Origin: Blepharisma stoltei ATCC 30299
Taxonomy: Eukaryota; Protista; Ciliophora
Assembly: GCA_965603825.1 (NCBI GenBank)
Contig: CBFDEM010000046.1
Coordinates: 1 to 64,000 of the forward strand
Length of the DNA stretch: 64,000 nucleotides
Direction of reading: 5' to 3'
Shown: positions 1 to 12,400 of the stretch, piece by piece
Layout of the letters: each line of letters starts with the position of its first letter
Position numbering within the stretch: position 1 is the first letter of the stretch
The notes under the pieces: model-generated
Told to the model about the DNA's origin: nothing
The model's input: only the letters and a program-made list of their open reading frames with translations
Databases searched by the model: none
Program-made: the position numbers and the translations under genes

Positions 1-3000
1 ACACCCAACCACCCTAACACCCAACACCCAACACCTCAACCAAACACCCAAACACCCTAACACCCATCACCCTAACACCCACACCCTAACACCCTCACAC
101 CCTAACAACACCCTAACACCCTAACACCCTAACACCCAAACACCCCTAACACCCTAACACCCTAACACCCTAACACCCTAACACCCTAACACCCTAACCC
201 CTAACACCCTAACACCCTAACACCCTAACACCCTAACACCCTAACACCCTAATCACCCTAACACCCTAACACCCTAACACCCTAACACCCTAACACCCTA
301 ACACCCTAACACCCTAACACCCTAACACCCTAACACCCCTAACACCCTAACACCCTAACACCCTAACACCCTAACACCCTAACACCCTAACACCCTAACA
401 CCCTAACACCCTAACACCCTAACACCCTAACACCCTAACACCCTAACACCCTAAACCCTAACACCCTAACACCCTAACACCCTAACACCCCTAACACCCT
501 AACACCCTAACACCCTAACACCCTAACACCCTAACACCCTAACACCCTAACACCCTAACACCCTAACACCCTAACACCCTAACACCCTAACACCCTAACA
601 CCCTAACACCCTACACCCTAACACCCTAACCACCCTAACACCCTAACACCCTAACACCCTAACACCCTAACACCCTAACACCCTAACACCCTAACACCCT
701 AACCAACACCCTAACACCCTAACACCCTAACACCCTAACACCCTAACACCCTAACACCCTAACACCCTAACACCACCCTAACACCCTAACACCCTAACAC
801 CCTAACACCCTAACACCCTAACACCCTAACACCCTAACACCCTAACACCCTAACACCCTAACACCCTAACACCCTAACACCCTAACACCCTAACACCCTA
901 ACACCCTAACACCCTAACACCCTAACACCCTAACACCCTACACCTAACACCCTAACACCCTAACACCCTAACACCCTAACACCCTAACACCCTAACACCC
1001 TAACACCCTAACACCCTAACACCCTAACACCCTAACACCCTAACACCCACCCTAACACCCTAACACCCTAACACCCTAACACCCTAACACCCTAACACCC
1101 CTAACACCCTAACACCCTAACACCCTAACACCCTAACACCCTAACACCCTAACACCCTAACACCCTAACACCCTAACACCCTAACACCCTAACACCCTAA
1201 CACCCTAACACCCTAACACCCTAACACCCTAACACCCTAACACCCTAACACCCTAACACCCTAACACCCTAACACCTAACACCCTAACACCCTAACACCT
1301 AACACCCTAACACCCTAACACCCTAACACCCTAACACCCTAACACCCTAACACCCTAACACCCTAACACCCTAACACCCTAACACCCTAACACCCTAACA
1401 CCCTAACACCCTAACACCCTAACACCCTAACACCCTAACACCCTAACACCCTAACACCCTAACACCCTAACACCCTAACACCCACACCCTAACACCCTAA
1501 CACCCTAACACCCTAACACCCTAACACCCTAACACCCTAACACCCTAACACCCTAACACCCTAACACCCTAACACCCTAACACCCTAACACCCTAACACC
1601 CTAACACCCTAACACCCTAACACCCTAACACCCTAACACCCTAACACCCTAACACCCTAACACCCTAACACCCTAACACCCTAACACCCTAACACCCTAA
1701 CACCCTAACACCCTAACACCCTAACACCCTAACACCCTAACACCCTAACACCCTAACACCCTAACACCCCTAACACCCTAACACCCCTAACACCCTAACA
1801 CCCTAACACCCTAACACCCTAACACCCTAACACCCTAACACCCTAACACCCTAACACCCTAACACCCTAACACCCTAACACCCTAACACCCTAACACCCT
1901 AACACCCTAACACCCTAACACCCTAACACCCTAACACCCTAACACCCTAACACCCTAACACCCTAACACCCTAACACCCTAACACCCTAACACCCTAACA
2001 CCCTAACACCCTAACACCCTAACACCCTAACACCCTAACACCCTAACACCCTAACACCCTAACACCCTAACACCCTAACACCCTAACACCCTAACACCCT
2101 AACACCCTAACACCCTAACACCCTAACACCCTAACACCCTAACACCCTAACACCCTAACACCCTAACACCCTAACACCTAACACCCTAACACCCTAACAC
2201 CCTAACACCCTAACACCCTAACACCCTAACACCCTAACACCCTAACACCCTAACACCCTAACACCCTAACACCCTAACACCCTAACACCCTAACACCCTA
2301 ACACCCTAACACCCTAACACCCTAACACCCTAACACCTAACACCCTAACACCCTAACACCACCCTAACACCCTAACACCCTAACACCCTAACACCCTAAC
2401 ACCCTAACACCCTAACACCCTAACACCCTAACACCCTAACACCCTAACACCCTAACACCCTAACACCCTAACACCCTAACACCCTAACACCCTAACACCC
2501 TAACACCCTAACACCCTAACACCCTAACACCCTAACACCCTAACACCCTAACACCCTAACACCCTAACACCCTAACACCCTAACACCCCTAACACCCTAA
2601 CACCCTAACACCCTAACACCCTAACACCCTAACACCCTAACACCCTAACACCCTAACACCCTAACACCCTAACACCCTAACACCCTAACACCCCTAACAC
2701 CCTAACACCCTAACACCCTAACACCCTAACACCCTAACACCCTAACACCCTAACACCCTAACCCCTAACACCCTAACACCCTAACACCCTAACACCCTAA
2801 CACCCTAACACCCTAACACCCTAACACCCTAACACCCTACCCCTAACACCCTAACACCCTAACACCCTAACACCCTAACACCCTAACACCCTAACACCCT
2901 AACACCCTAACACCCTAACACCCTAACACCCCTAACACCCTAACACCCTAACACCCTAACACCCTAACACCCTAACACCCTAACACCCTAACACCCTAAC

Positions 3001-3702
3001 ACCCTAACACCCTAACACCCTAACACCCTAACACCCTAACACCCTAACACCCTAACACCCTAACACCCTAACACCCTAACACCCTAACACCCTAACACCC
3101 TAACACCCTAACACCCTAACACCCTAACACCCTAACACCCTAACACCCTAACACCCTAACACCCTAACACCCTAACACCCTAACACCCTAACACCCTAAC
3201 ACCCTAACACCCTAACACCCTAACACCCTAACACCCTAACACCCTAACACCCTAACACCCTAACACCCTAACACCCTAACACCCTAACACCTAACACCCT
3301 AACACCCTAACACCCTAACACCCTAACACCCTAACACCCTAACACCCTAACACCCTAACACCCCTAACACCCTAACACCCTAACACCCTAACACCCTAAC
3401 ACCCTAACACCCTAACACCCTAACACCCTAACACCCTAACACCCTAACACCCTAACACCCTAACACCCTAACACCCTAACACCCTAACACCCTAACACCC
3501 TAACACCCTAACACCCTAACACCCTAACACCCTAACACCTAACCTAACACCCTAACACCCTAACACCCTAACACCCTAACACCCTAACACCCTAACACCC
3601 TAACACCCTAACACCCTAACACCCTAACACCCTAACACCCTAACACCCTAACCCTAACACCCTAACACCCTAACACCCTAACACCCTAACACCCTAACAC
3701 CC
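1..3702 (+). repeat. Telomeric repeat array (CCCTAACA)n, about 460 units, chromosome end
   Basis: Direct: an uninterrupted 8-mer tandem array with scattered indel variants, most degenerate in the first ~150 nt. CCCTAACA is the heterotrich (Stentor/Blepharisma) telomere unit. Confidence 0.99.
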
Positions 3703-4659
3703 AACTCGAAAATGAATGAAAAATTTAATTGAATTCTATTTATAAAAAATTGCTATCGCAAAATAGAAATAGCGGTACAAATTAATTAATATACTAAATA
3801 AATCTTAAATAATTATTAATTTTTTATATAAGCTCTTATTTTGCTAAACTAGGTATTCGATTAAAAATTTGAATAATCATATAAACTAAATTTTCAAGCG
3901 TTTAATAATAATAATAATTTGAAGTATAAGAAGCGATTTTTTAAATGCTATGAAGATTTTCTTTGCAATTATAACTAAAATGATTCTTAAAGCAATTTCT
4001 TATCAAAGTTCTATTAATGGCACTGCAGTGTTATAATGAATTTAATAAGAGGATTAGCTGCTCTGTAGTTAGACTTGATTGAAATTTAAGTTAAGAGTCA
4101 CTAGAGTTTATTTTAGCAAAATCGGTTGCTCATAAAGGTGTCGTCTGAACAGCCAGAGCGAAGCTTATCTTAATAGTTAGGGCTGTTAAATAGCAGAAGA
4201 AGAATACAATTAAAAATCCAATAAGGATTATATTTCTTAATCTATTTACAAGATAAATAAAATATATCTTTTAGAATATATATTTAGGAAATTATGCAGA
4301 ACCTTATAGAAAATCCTGATTTATATGATTATCTCTCTTTTTCAAAAAATTTACATAAGAAATATTGAGGATTATTGATCTGCTCATTTGAAAGTTATAT
4401 TGTCGTTTAACTTGACTTTCAAAGTTTAGCACAGAATATATCTAATAATTTAACAGAATATTAATAAATTGTAAATGGTTATTCCTAATTACTCTTTCTT
4501 ATCTTCTATTTCGAATAAGGACAGGACTTATAAGCTTCCAAATATTCAAATACACAAGCGGGAAAATAAATTTCAAACTAAACAAATACAACTCAGCAAT
4601 ATAATAATAAGGTTTCCCATTTTTAGTAAAAATAAAATCACCTAGATATAATTTCATAA

Positions 4660-5120
4660 AGGATCCGCTGGAGACCTTCTGCTTCGTTTGGAAAAACCAA
4701 AACATTTAAATGGCCCTGACTGTATCATGCATTGGCATCTGACATCTGGAAAAACGCTCAACACTATCAAGCTAGATTGCCAAAACTTAAGCCTAGACTA
4801 CGACTATGAATGAAGGTGCTTCGCTGTCAGCTGTTATGATAAAGATTTATGACAAGTCTACTAAAAACGTCATCTCTAATTTAGTCTCATGAATAGGCGA
4901 ACTGCTTGGCCATGTGAACCATATTCATTCGGTGAAGTTTCTCGTGGTAATATGATAGTCAGTGGAGGGTAGGATAATAATATTTTACTATGGGATATCC
5001 GAAGTCCACTTTAGCAAGACAAATGTATGGCCCTCAGATACCTGGAGACTCAATAGACTTGACCTCAAACTTGATATTGGCTGGCAGGTATTAGCAGCTT
5101 TGGAGGGTTTATGATGCGTA
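4660..5120 (+). pseudogene. Degenerate WD40-repeat gene
   Basis: Piecewise translation gives IRWRPSASFGKTK..MHWHLTSGKTLNTIKLDCQNLSLDYD..KIYDKSTK..LLGHVNHIHSVKF..GNMIVSGG*DNNILLWDIRS..MYGPQIPGDSIDL. GH...WD repeat signature, several frameshifts and a TAG at 4970-4972. Confidence 0.75.
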
Positions 5121-5237
5121 CTTGATTTAGAATATCTATTGCTTTCTAATCAATTCAATGCGAAATCACTTGAGGCAGCCTAGAGCTTCCCTAAGTTACA
5201 AATACTTAATTCCTTATTTTTAAGTTGAATTTCCATA

Positions 5238-5621
5238 GTTTTCGGCGAAGCGTCTGCTACGCTCACAGCCGCATCAACCCTTGCAGGCACAATCTATGTT
5301 TCTTGCACTGATGAGACATCAACTTACAATACTTATGCATGTCAAGTAATTGATGGACTCAACGCAAACTCAAACCCTGGTTATGCTGCATACGCAAATA
5401 GCACAGCAAGCACAAGTTCCACTTTAACTGTGTCAGGTCTAACTCAAGGAACTCAATACCAATGCTATTTCACTGCTTGCAACAACTACCCACTTTGGCC
5501 TTCTTGCATTGATTATTCAACTAGCAGCTCATTGGTCTCAGTATCTATCAAAACTTTAACTACTGACGATGACGCTGCAATGCTAGGCTTATTGGCAGCT
5601 TTCCTCTTAATCTTTAAGTGA
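5238..5621 (+). pseudogene. 5'-truncated copy of the C-terminal end (FN3-like domain plus GPI-like tail) of the giant surface-protein family
   Basis: 5283-5618 aligns without gaps to 15581-15916. There is no in-frame ATG between the upstream TAG (5181-5183) and the homologous region. Confidence 0.9.
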
Positions 5622-7587
5622 ATTCTTTTCTTTCTAAAACACCTCTTATTATTAGTAATCAAATTATATTATTAGTACCATTAGATAGAACTAAATTCAG
5701 CTCGGCTCAGGTTTGCATTTAAATTATTAAGTCTTTACTATTGATATTAAATTGAATAAACCTAAAAATGCAGGCTCAACAATTCGTATTTTTTCCTTTT
5801 ACTTTGCATATTTTTATTAGGTGCTTTTTATTAAGCTTCTAATTTTACTCGGGTCTGATTATTGCCTTAAAACTTTTTAATTTAATATTAAATATATTGC
5901 CAGAAGAGATCCTACAGAGTATCAACTTTTTTGGATTTATAAATTTAAATTTTTTATTTGAAGTGAAGAACATTAAACTAAATTAACTATGCAATTTATT
6001 AGACTATATTTTTAATCATTTTAATATGAACAAAAATTTCAATAATAATTTGCATAGACAAATAGGGCATTTAATTTTATTAGGAATTTATACTAAAGAA
6101 AATACTTTTCTCTCTCCTAATATTTATTAATATCTTAATAGTTGACCAGACCGTTCGGAGTATTATGAAGTCAATTGATAATTTTATTAATAAATTAAAA
6201 ATTAAAATTCCACTAAATTAAATTAATTCTGAGTAAAACTTTAATTTGCGACGAAAAAGCAAATTTGTAATAATAAATATCAAGTAAGTTATTCTAATTT
6301 ACATTACTAACTTTAAAATCACTTTTAAATTAAAAAATAATCCATATAGTCAATGCTCGCATTAATTTCAACTTACCTAACAATAAATTATATAAAATCT
6401 TCAATTTTTACAGACTATATTCTAATTGCAGAATTGGAGATTAATTCTTTCACATATTAATCTATCTTGATGCTAATCTCTCTTTCATTTTCCAAAGCAT
6501 TGTCAAAAAACTCATATTTTTAACAAATATCTCTTATAAAAAAATATATAGCGGATAATATGATTCAAAACCTTTAAATATGACTTGGCTCTGATTTCTC
6601 ATTAAAAATTTTAAAGAAATGCGTGGAATAGTTGTTCGAAAAACCCTAATTGTGGCTTAGTCATATTTTATTTATTTATTAACTTTTACCGTTTCCTAAT
6701 TAAGCATTTCTCTATTTATTATTCAAAATAACTCCATAAAACTCCAAAAAACTTTCACTTCAAATCTCAATAAAAACTTGAAATCATAACAACCAAAAAC
6801 AACAACAATTATCCATCTTCAACAGAAAATCTTCCAGCAATAGTCCTCTCCATCAACAGAAGCTATTTCTCTAGAATTTTTGATGTAAAAACCGATTCGC
6901 ACATTCCTCAGCCGAGATCGTCTACCAAGAAAATTCCTGTATTGCTTTATGTACCTAGAATCCTCCACATTCCTCCCACAAAGTTTTCTAAGCTTCCCGC
7001 CTCTATGAGATGCTTAACTATTAGGTGCGAAAATGCGCCTTAAAAATTAATTGTTTTAATTATTAAAGGCTGCAAGAATCATATAATTTTTACAACATGG
7101 CCAAATAAAATTCTGATGCTATGATCTGGTAATTCAGAAAACAATTAGTGCATCATTTTTGTGAAAATTTTATTAGTTTCCTTTCATGAGTGGATGAATC
7201 CCTCAATGAATCATCGAATACATCAATTTCACTCCCTCCTTTAAATTCTCAATCAAGCAATAGCAATCTATCAATCTCTGAGTTTGAAAAATAATTAATT
7301 CGAGAATCAAGCCAACTCTAATTCTTATATTAATTAAAGAAGTGAGATTATTAAATTAATTATCAAAGATATAATTTTACAAATCATTTTATCATTCATA
7401 TAAATATAAAATGGTGCTTTTGTAAAGATAACAATCCATATATGTGCTTTGCTTAGTAAAAATATCAAAGTTTATATTTTTAAATTCTGATCGATAGAAA
7501 TAAAAATAGTAATTTATTTAAAATGTCCTAATTTTAGTAATTCACCATTTCCATATTACTTATTTTAAAACTCCAGCCATTAATAAA

Positions 7588-8184
7588 ATGGAAGGAGCCA
7601 ATAAAAGAATCGACAGAGCAATGATTAGTCTAGATCGCTTAGAAGAGAACTATAAACGAACTTCAGTTGGCTGTCTAGTGGATTATCTTTACAGTAATGG
7701 ACATACTCCAATAGAGGAATTAATTGAGTATGTGAAATCCAAACGTGATGGAATGGCTACAACCAGAGGCAAAAAATTCACCAAAAATGCCTTTGAAATC
7801 GTTGACTTCGCTCTGAGTTGGTACCCAAAAATATTTAGATTAGACGATCATTATCACTATTTTTTAAATGTGACGGTTACATAGGAAGAAGAAGCTTTAA
7901 AGCACTGGGAGCATTTCAAAGAAGGAAGCAAGCAAAAGGCAAAAATTTCGAAGCAGAAATATCGAGCCCGAATTTTGGAGAAGACCCTTAAGAAGGAAGA
8001 AGATAAGAAAAGGTTTAGAAAAATTAAAAATCAAATTGAGAGCGACATAAAAGGTTCTCTCAAGGACTATTCTGTGATTACTAAAGCCTACATGATTCTT
8101 CTGTCTGATGATAAAGAGAAGGTCGATAGCTTGAAAAAATGCATAAGAGATGCCTATATATCTCTAATAAGGCCTAGATCTTAA
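7588..8184 (+). CDS. Hypothetical basic protein, ~193 aa; 2 exons (7588-7869, 7885-8184)
   Basis: Two in-frame ORFs are joined by removing the 15-nt intron 7870-7884. Ends in TAA. No recognisable family. Confidence 0.75.
7870..7884 (+). other. 15-nt spliceosomal intron GTGACGGTTACATAG
   Basis: GT...AG with A at -6; removal eliminates an in-frame TAG. Confidence 0.8.
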
Positions 8185-9445
8185 TTTCTGATTAAAAAGG
8201 GACTTGAAATAAATGTTATTGCTTCGTTTATTTAGCTGTAGACATGGAGGTATTCATTTCAATTGTGCAGGTAGGTAGTACTTTACTTAATTGTTCTGCT
8301 TTTTACAATTTTACACTTCTAAAAATTTAACTTTTGTCGTATGTTGAGGGTTAAAAATTGGCTTATCTAAATATGCGCCATTTATAAGCCCAAAGAGACG
8401 TTCTGATTGAAAATTAAATTTTAAATTTCTTGAATCTTTTGAATTTTGACTGCATTTTAGGCATCTATAGCTTAGTCTTGTTTTAAATAAGTGATTTCCC
8501 TCTAATTTACCTTTGCACTCGACTTTATGTTGATAAATTTTTTTTTGGTTCTTGAAGAGGAGACTACTGGAAAGGAACCTCCCTTCAAGGTCCTAAGATT
8601 TTTTCCAGCTCAGAAGATGCTTTTGGAATACTCTAGAGTGCTTTTTCAATAATTCCATCACCCTTTTACTTATAATATATAAATGAAAGGCAAGCTGCTT
8701 TGAAGTATATTTAAAAACACTTTACTCAATTTTACAAATAATTTTAGTTCTTAATTTATCTAATTTCTTTTAATCATGCTCTTATTGTCTATGCGAGCCT
8801 ATAAGCCTAAAAATCCTCATGCCATTTATACAGTTTTCTGGCCAGTTCTTATAAATTTTAGACAGAATTTCTTCACTTCTTCAATTTCTCGATGAATAAG
8901 CCTTCAGAATTAAACTCCTGCTTAAACTAATGCACATTTGGCTTAGCCTTTCTTTTGATATCAATTATATCGACCTACAAGTTCTTCTTAAAAACTTATG
9001 ATTTTGTGATGATTTTTAGCCCAGCTCAGATGCTCGATTTTTCAAATTTTTTTTAACCGATGATGTTGCTTTTGCTAATAGATTCTTACTTATGCCACTT
9101 ATGCTCTTCTGTCTTGGATCTGCTCGATGAATTTGAACTTGGATAGCTTTTCTTGTAATTTTCTACTAGTAATTGCTTGATAACTCTTCATCATTTCCTG
9201 TTTTATTGACGAAATTTCATCAAAAGACTTTCAATACGATTAGCTTCTTATCAAACTCGCCGCCGGGCTCAGGAGCTAAGTTTTTGGACCCGTCATCTTT
9301 ATTATTATAATTCTGCTCCCGACCCCTGTAATACTCCATTTTAACTAGAAGAAGTCACTTTGCGGCGAAAAATCGATTTTTTTAAAATTTTTTTTTTAAA
9401 AGTTTCCCTCGTTTATTTGAGGTATTCTTGCATAAAAAGCTCACT

Positions 9446-12400
9446 ATGAAAAGTCTTATAAGCTTTATTGCTCTTATTGGACTGGCTTCTTGTGTTTCAA
9501 TAGGATCCAAGGACAGTACGCTTGATCCTGGTAGAATTGTTTGGCCAAAAGAAACTTGGGTAAGTTCACCAATTGAGTTGGGCAGAGCTAATTCAGGTCT
9601 GACAGCTACTATTACTTTTAACTTCAGACCATCAACAGCTCTGACCAGCGGCTACGTTGAAATCATTCTCCCAAGTGGATTATCTGGCACTCTTACAGCA
9701 ACAAAGACACTTTCAGCAAACACTGATACCAGTGCTTCTTTCCCTCTTGTTTTACCTTCAGGAGCTGCCGTATATGGCCCATTTGGCATTCTTACTAGAA
9801 CATCTTCATCAGGTCAAATTATTGATGCAAACTACGTTTTCGGTTGCATTGCTACTACGGCCTCTGTGACAAGTTCATCTACTCTTACAGTCACAACAGT
9901 TTCAGGAGCTACAAGTCCAGTTATTTCAACTACTGATGGCATTTACTTCGCATTTTCTCTTACTCAAAGTTTCTGGAGACATGATCTAATTGAAATCATC
10001 CCAGATTCAGACTGGTCTTTTGCTTCAAGCTCAGTTTCTTGCTCCTCTTCAGATGTCACTAGTGTGACCAACCAGCTCTACGGATATGATGGCACTCATA
10101 ACCTTCCTTGTGCATTGGCAACTTCCAGCTCTGACACAATTGGCCCTCAATATACAAGCACAGGCTCAAAGAGTGTTTATATATACGGAGTTGATAAAGA
10201 TGTTATCATAGCAAGCTCCCTTTCCATCAAGCTTAAAGTCTCAACATTCACTCTTCCTGGCTTCGTGAAATCTTCCTCAGCTAATACATGGACTGTCAAG
10301 ATTTGGAGGTTTGGCACTAATAATTTACTTGCCAAATACTCTGGAAGCGGTCCAGTTACAACAGCAGTAGGCGCCGTAACTGTTAGTTCATGGAAATCTA
10401 AAAGCGGTATTGACGAGAGCATTGTTCCAGCTTCCACAACCCTATTCTCCACTGTCACATTCACCAACGCTCACGCAATTCCTAATGGTGGATCTGCTGT
10501 CATTACTTTTACCAGTGTCGATATTTCAAAAGACTGGTGGGCAGATGTAGATGCCACCGATACTTCAGGTGCCAAATGCTTCATGTCGTCCTCAATTTCT
10601 GCTACCTGTGCAAATACTGATTCAACCAAGGTAACAATTTCTTTCACTGCTGCTCTTGCGGCATCTTCATCAGTATCTGTGACTTTGTTGACTGCTTTAT
10701 CATCAGGTGCAAAGATTTCCTCAATTGTTACTTACTACACAGGAACAACCCAAATTGACGCTCTTGCAAGCTCATACTCATGGCCTCTCAGCTCTACTAA
10801 TAAAGCACTTGGCCACTTCTCATATCATGCATATGCAGATGCTTCAAATAACTACCCAGATATTGGCGACGCATCTCCAACTGTGACAGCTGGATATTTA
10901 CTCGGAGCTGACAAAACCAGTGATCTCTACTGGGAAATTTTGCCTAATGCAAATGTTAACTGGGCTATAGGCACAAGCATTTCAGTGAACCTTCCAATAT
11001 CTTCATCTCTTTCATACACTTCTTCTTATATAGCTGGGGATGCCACTGTCTACGATTTGGTAGATCCTTTTACAAGCGCTGCAGCTCTTTCAACGACAAC
11101 AACTGGAAGAACCTACTCACAGAGTGGAAATGTTATCACTGTTTCATTTACAGCAGCCCCAACTGCATCTAATTACCTCGTTTTTGGATATTCAGGAAAC
11201 TCAGCTTTACCTTATGTTCGCTCAAACTTGGCCACTTTTTACGAATGTTGGGCCAAGGCAACAACCAGCACAACTATTGAAGTTGGAAACTCTGTTTTCT
11301 CTGTCCTAGATACTGACTATGCAAATGCAGGCATCCTCACAGCACCATTATGTCTTAGTACCGTTGGCGCTATACCACTTATGACCACTTTTATCGCGAA
11401 GTTGATGGCTATGGATTTCTCGTCTTCAACTAATGTTTTCACCCTTGAAGTGACCATTGCTGGCGGTGCAGACTTAGGAACTGGCTTAGCTGATAAAAGC
11501 GATCTTCCTTGTGATGCAACAGTTGACGGAGTAACTTGCACTTTGACTAAAATTAACAGTGGAGCAGACAGTCTCATCACAATTAAAGGACTCGGTACTT
11601 TGGCAAAGGATGATTCAGTCTCAATCTATATCGCAAAAGGAGCAATAGCTGCTTCAACATCCTTAACACCTACCACTGCAGTTTATTACCAAACATCAGC
11701 AGACTCTAACATTAAAAATTACCTATTCACAAGTAAAAAGGCATCTGCTTATACCACAGCAGCAGCTGTAGCATTGACTGCTGCAACCTCAACAACTACT
11801 TGGACCATCGGTAGTAGTCAAACTCTTGCAATCACTGGCGCAGATGTGAATGCTAACACAGCCACTGGCACTTATATTGGAATTGGCTTACCTGCAGGTT
11901 TCACCTTATCTGGATCTGCAATTACAGCTGCTACCAAAGCTCCTACAAAGACTTATATGGCAACTATGAGCGATAAATACTCAGTTGGAGGGTTCATTAT
12001 GGGTATTGATGATGGAGACTACGGTCTTTCAACAGGTGGATCTGCTATGTCAATAACGAATATTGTAGCACCAGGATATGCTGGAGCTACTAACGGAAGC
12101 AACAGCATTCATTTCAACGTATTTGTTGCAGCCAATGTTGGAGCTGCTTGCACAGCATCTGATATATCGAAAATTACTGGCAATACAATTAGTGTCGGAG
12201 CGATTACTGATGTTTCATGCAGCTCATCAGCCTCTTCATTAAGAGGGCCTGACTCTGTTGACTCAACTATGACTGTAATAGTTACAGTTCCAGATGCTGT
12301 ACCTAAGAATGGCATAGTAACTCTTACTATGGATACCAACTGGTCATATTCTTCTGCAAGTTGTACAGTCACAGGAATGACAGGAACTTGCGTAGCTGGC

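Noticed and set aside
1-3702. CRISPR array or coding repeat
   Set aside because: Pure 8-mer tandem repeat without spacers at a eukaryotic chromosome end.
4499-4705. 68-aa minus-strand ORF
   Set aside because: Overlaps the plus-strand WD40 relic and has no homologous features.
6780-7045. GC-richer island in the AT-rich subtelomeric region
   Set aside because: No ATG-initiated ORF or recognisable motif; no repeat or RNA structure could be supported.
9428-9445. TTG start of the 2163-aa ORF
   Set aside because: Eukaryotic gene; ATG at 9446 directly begins the signal peptide.
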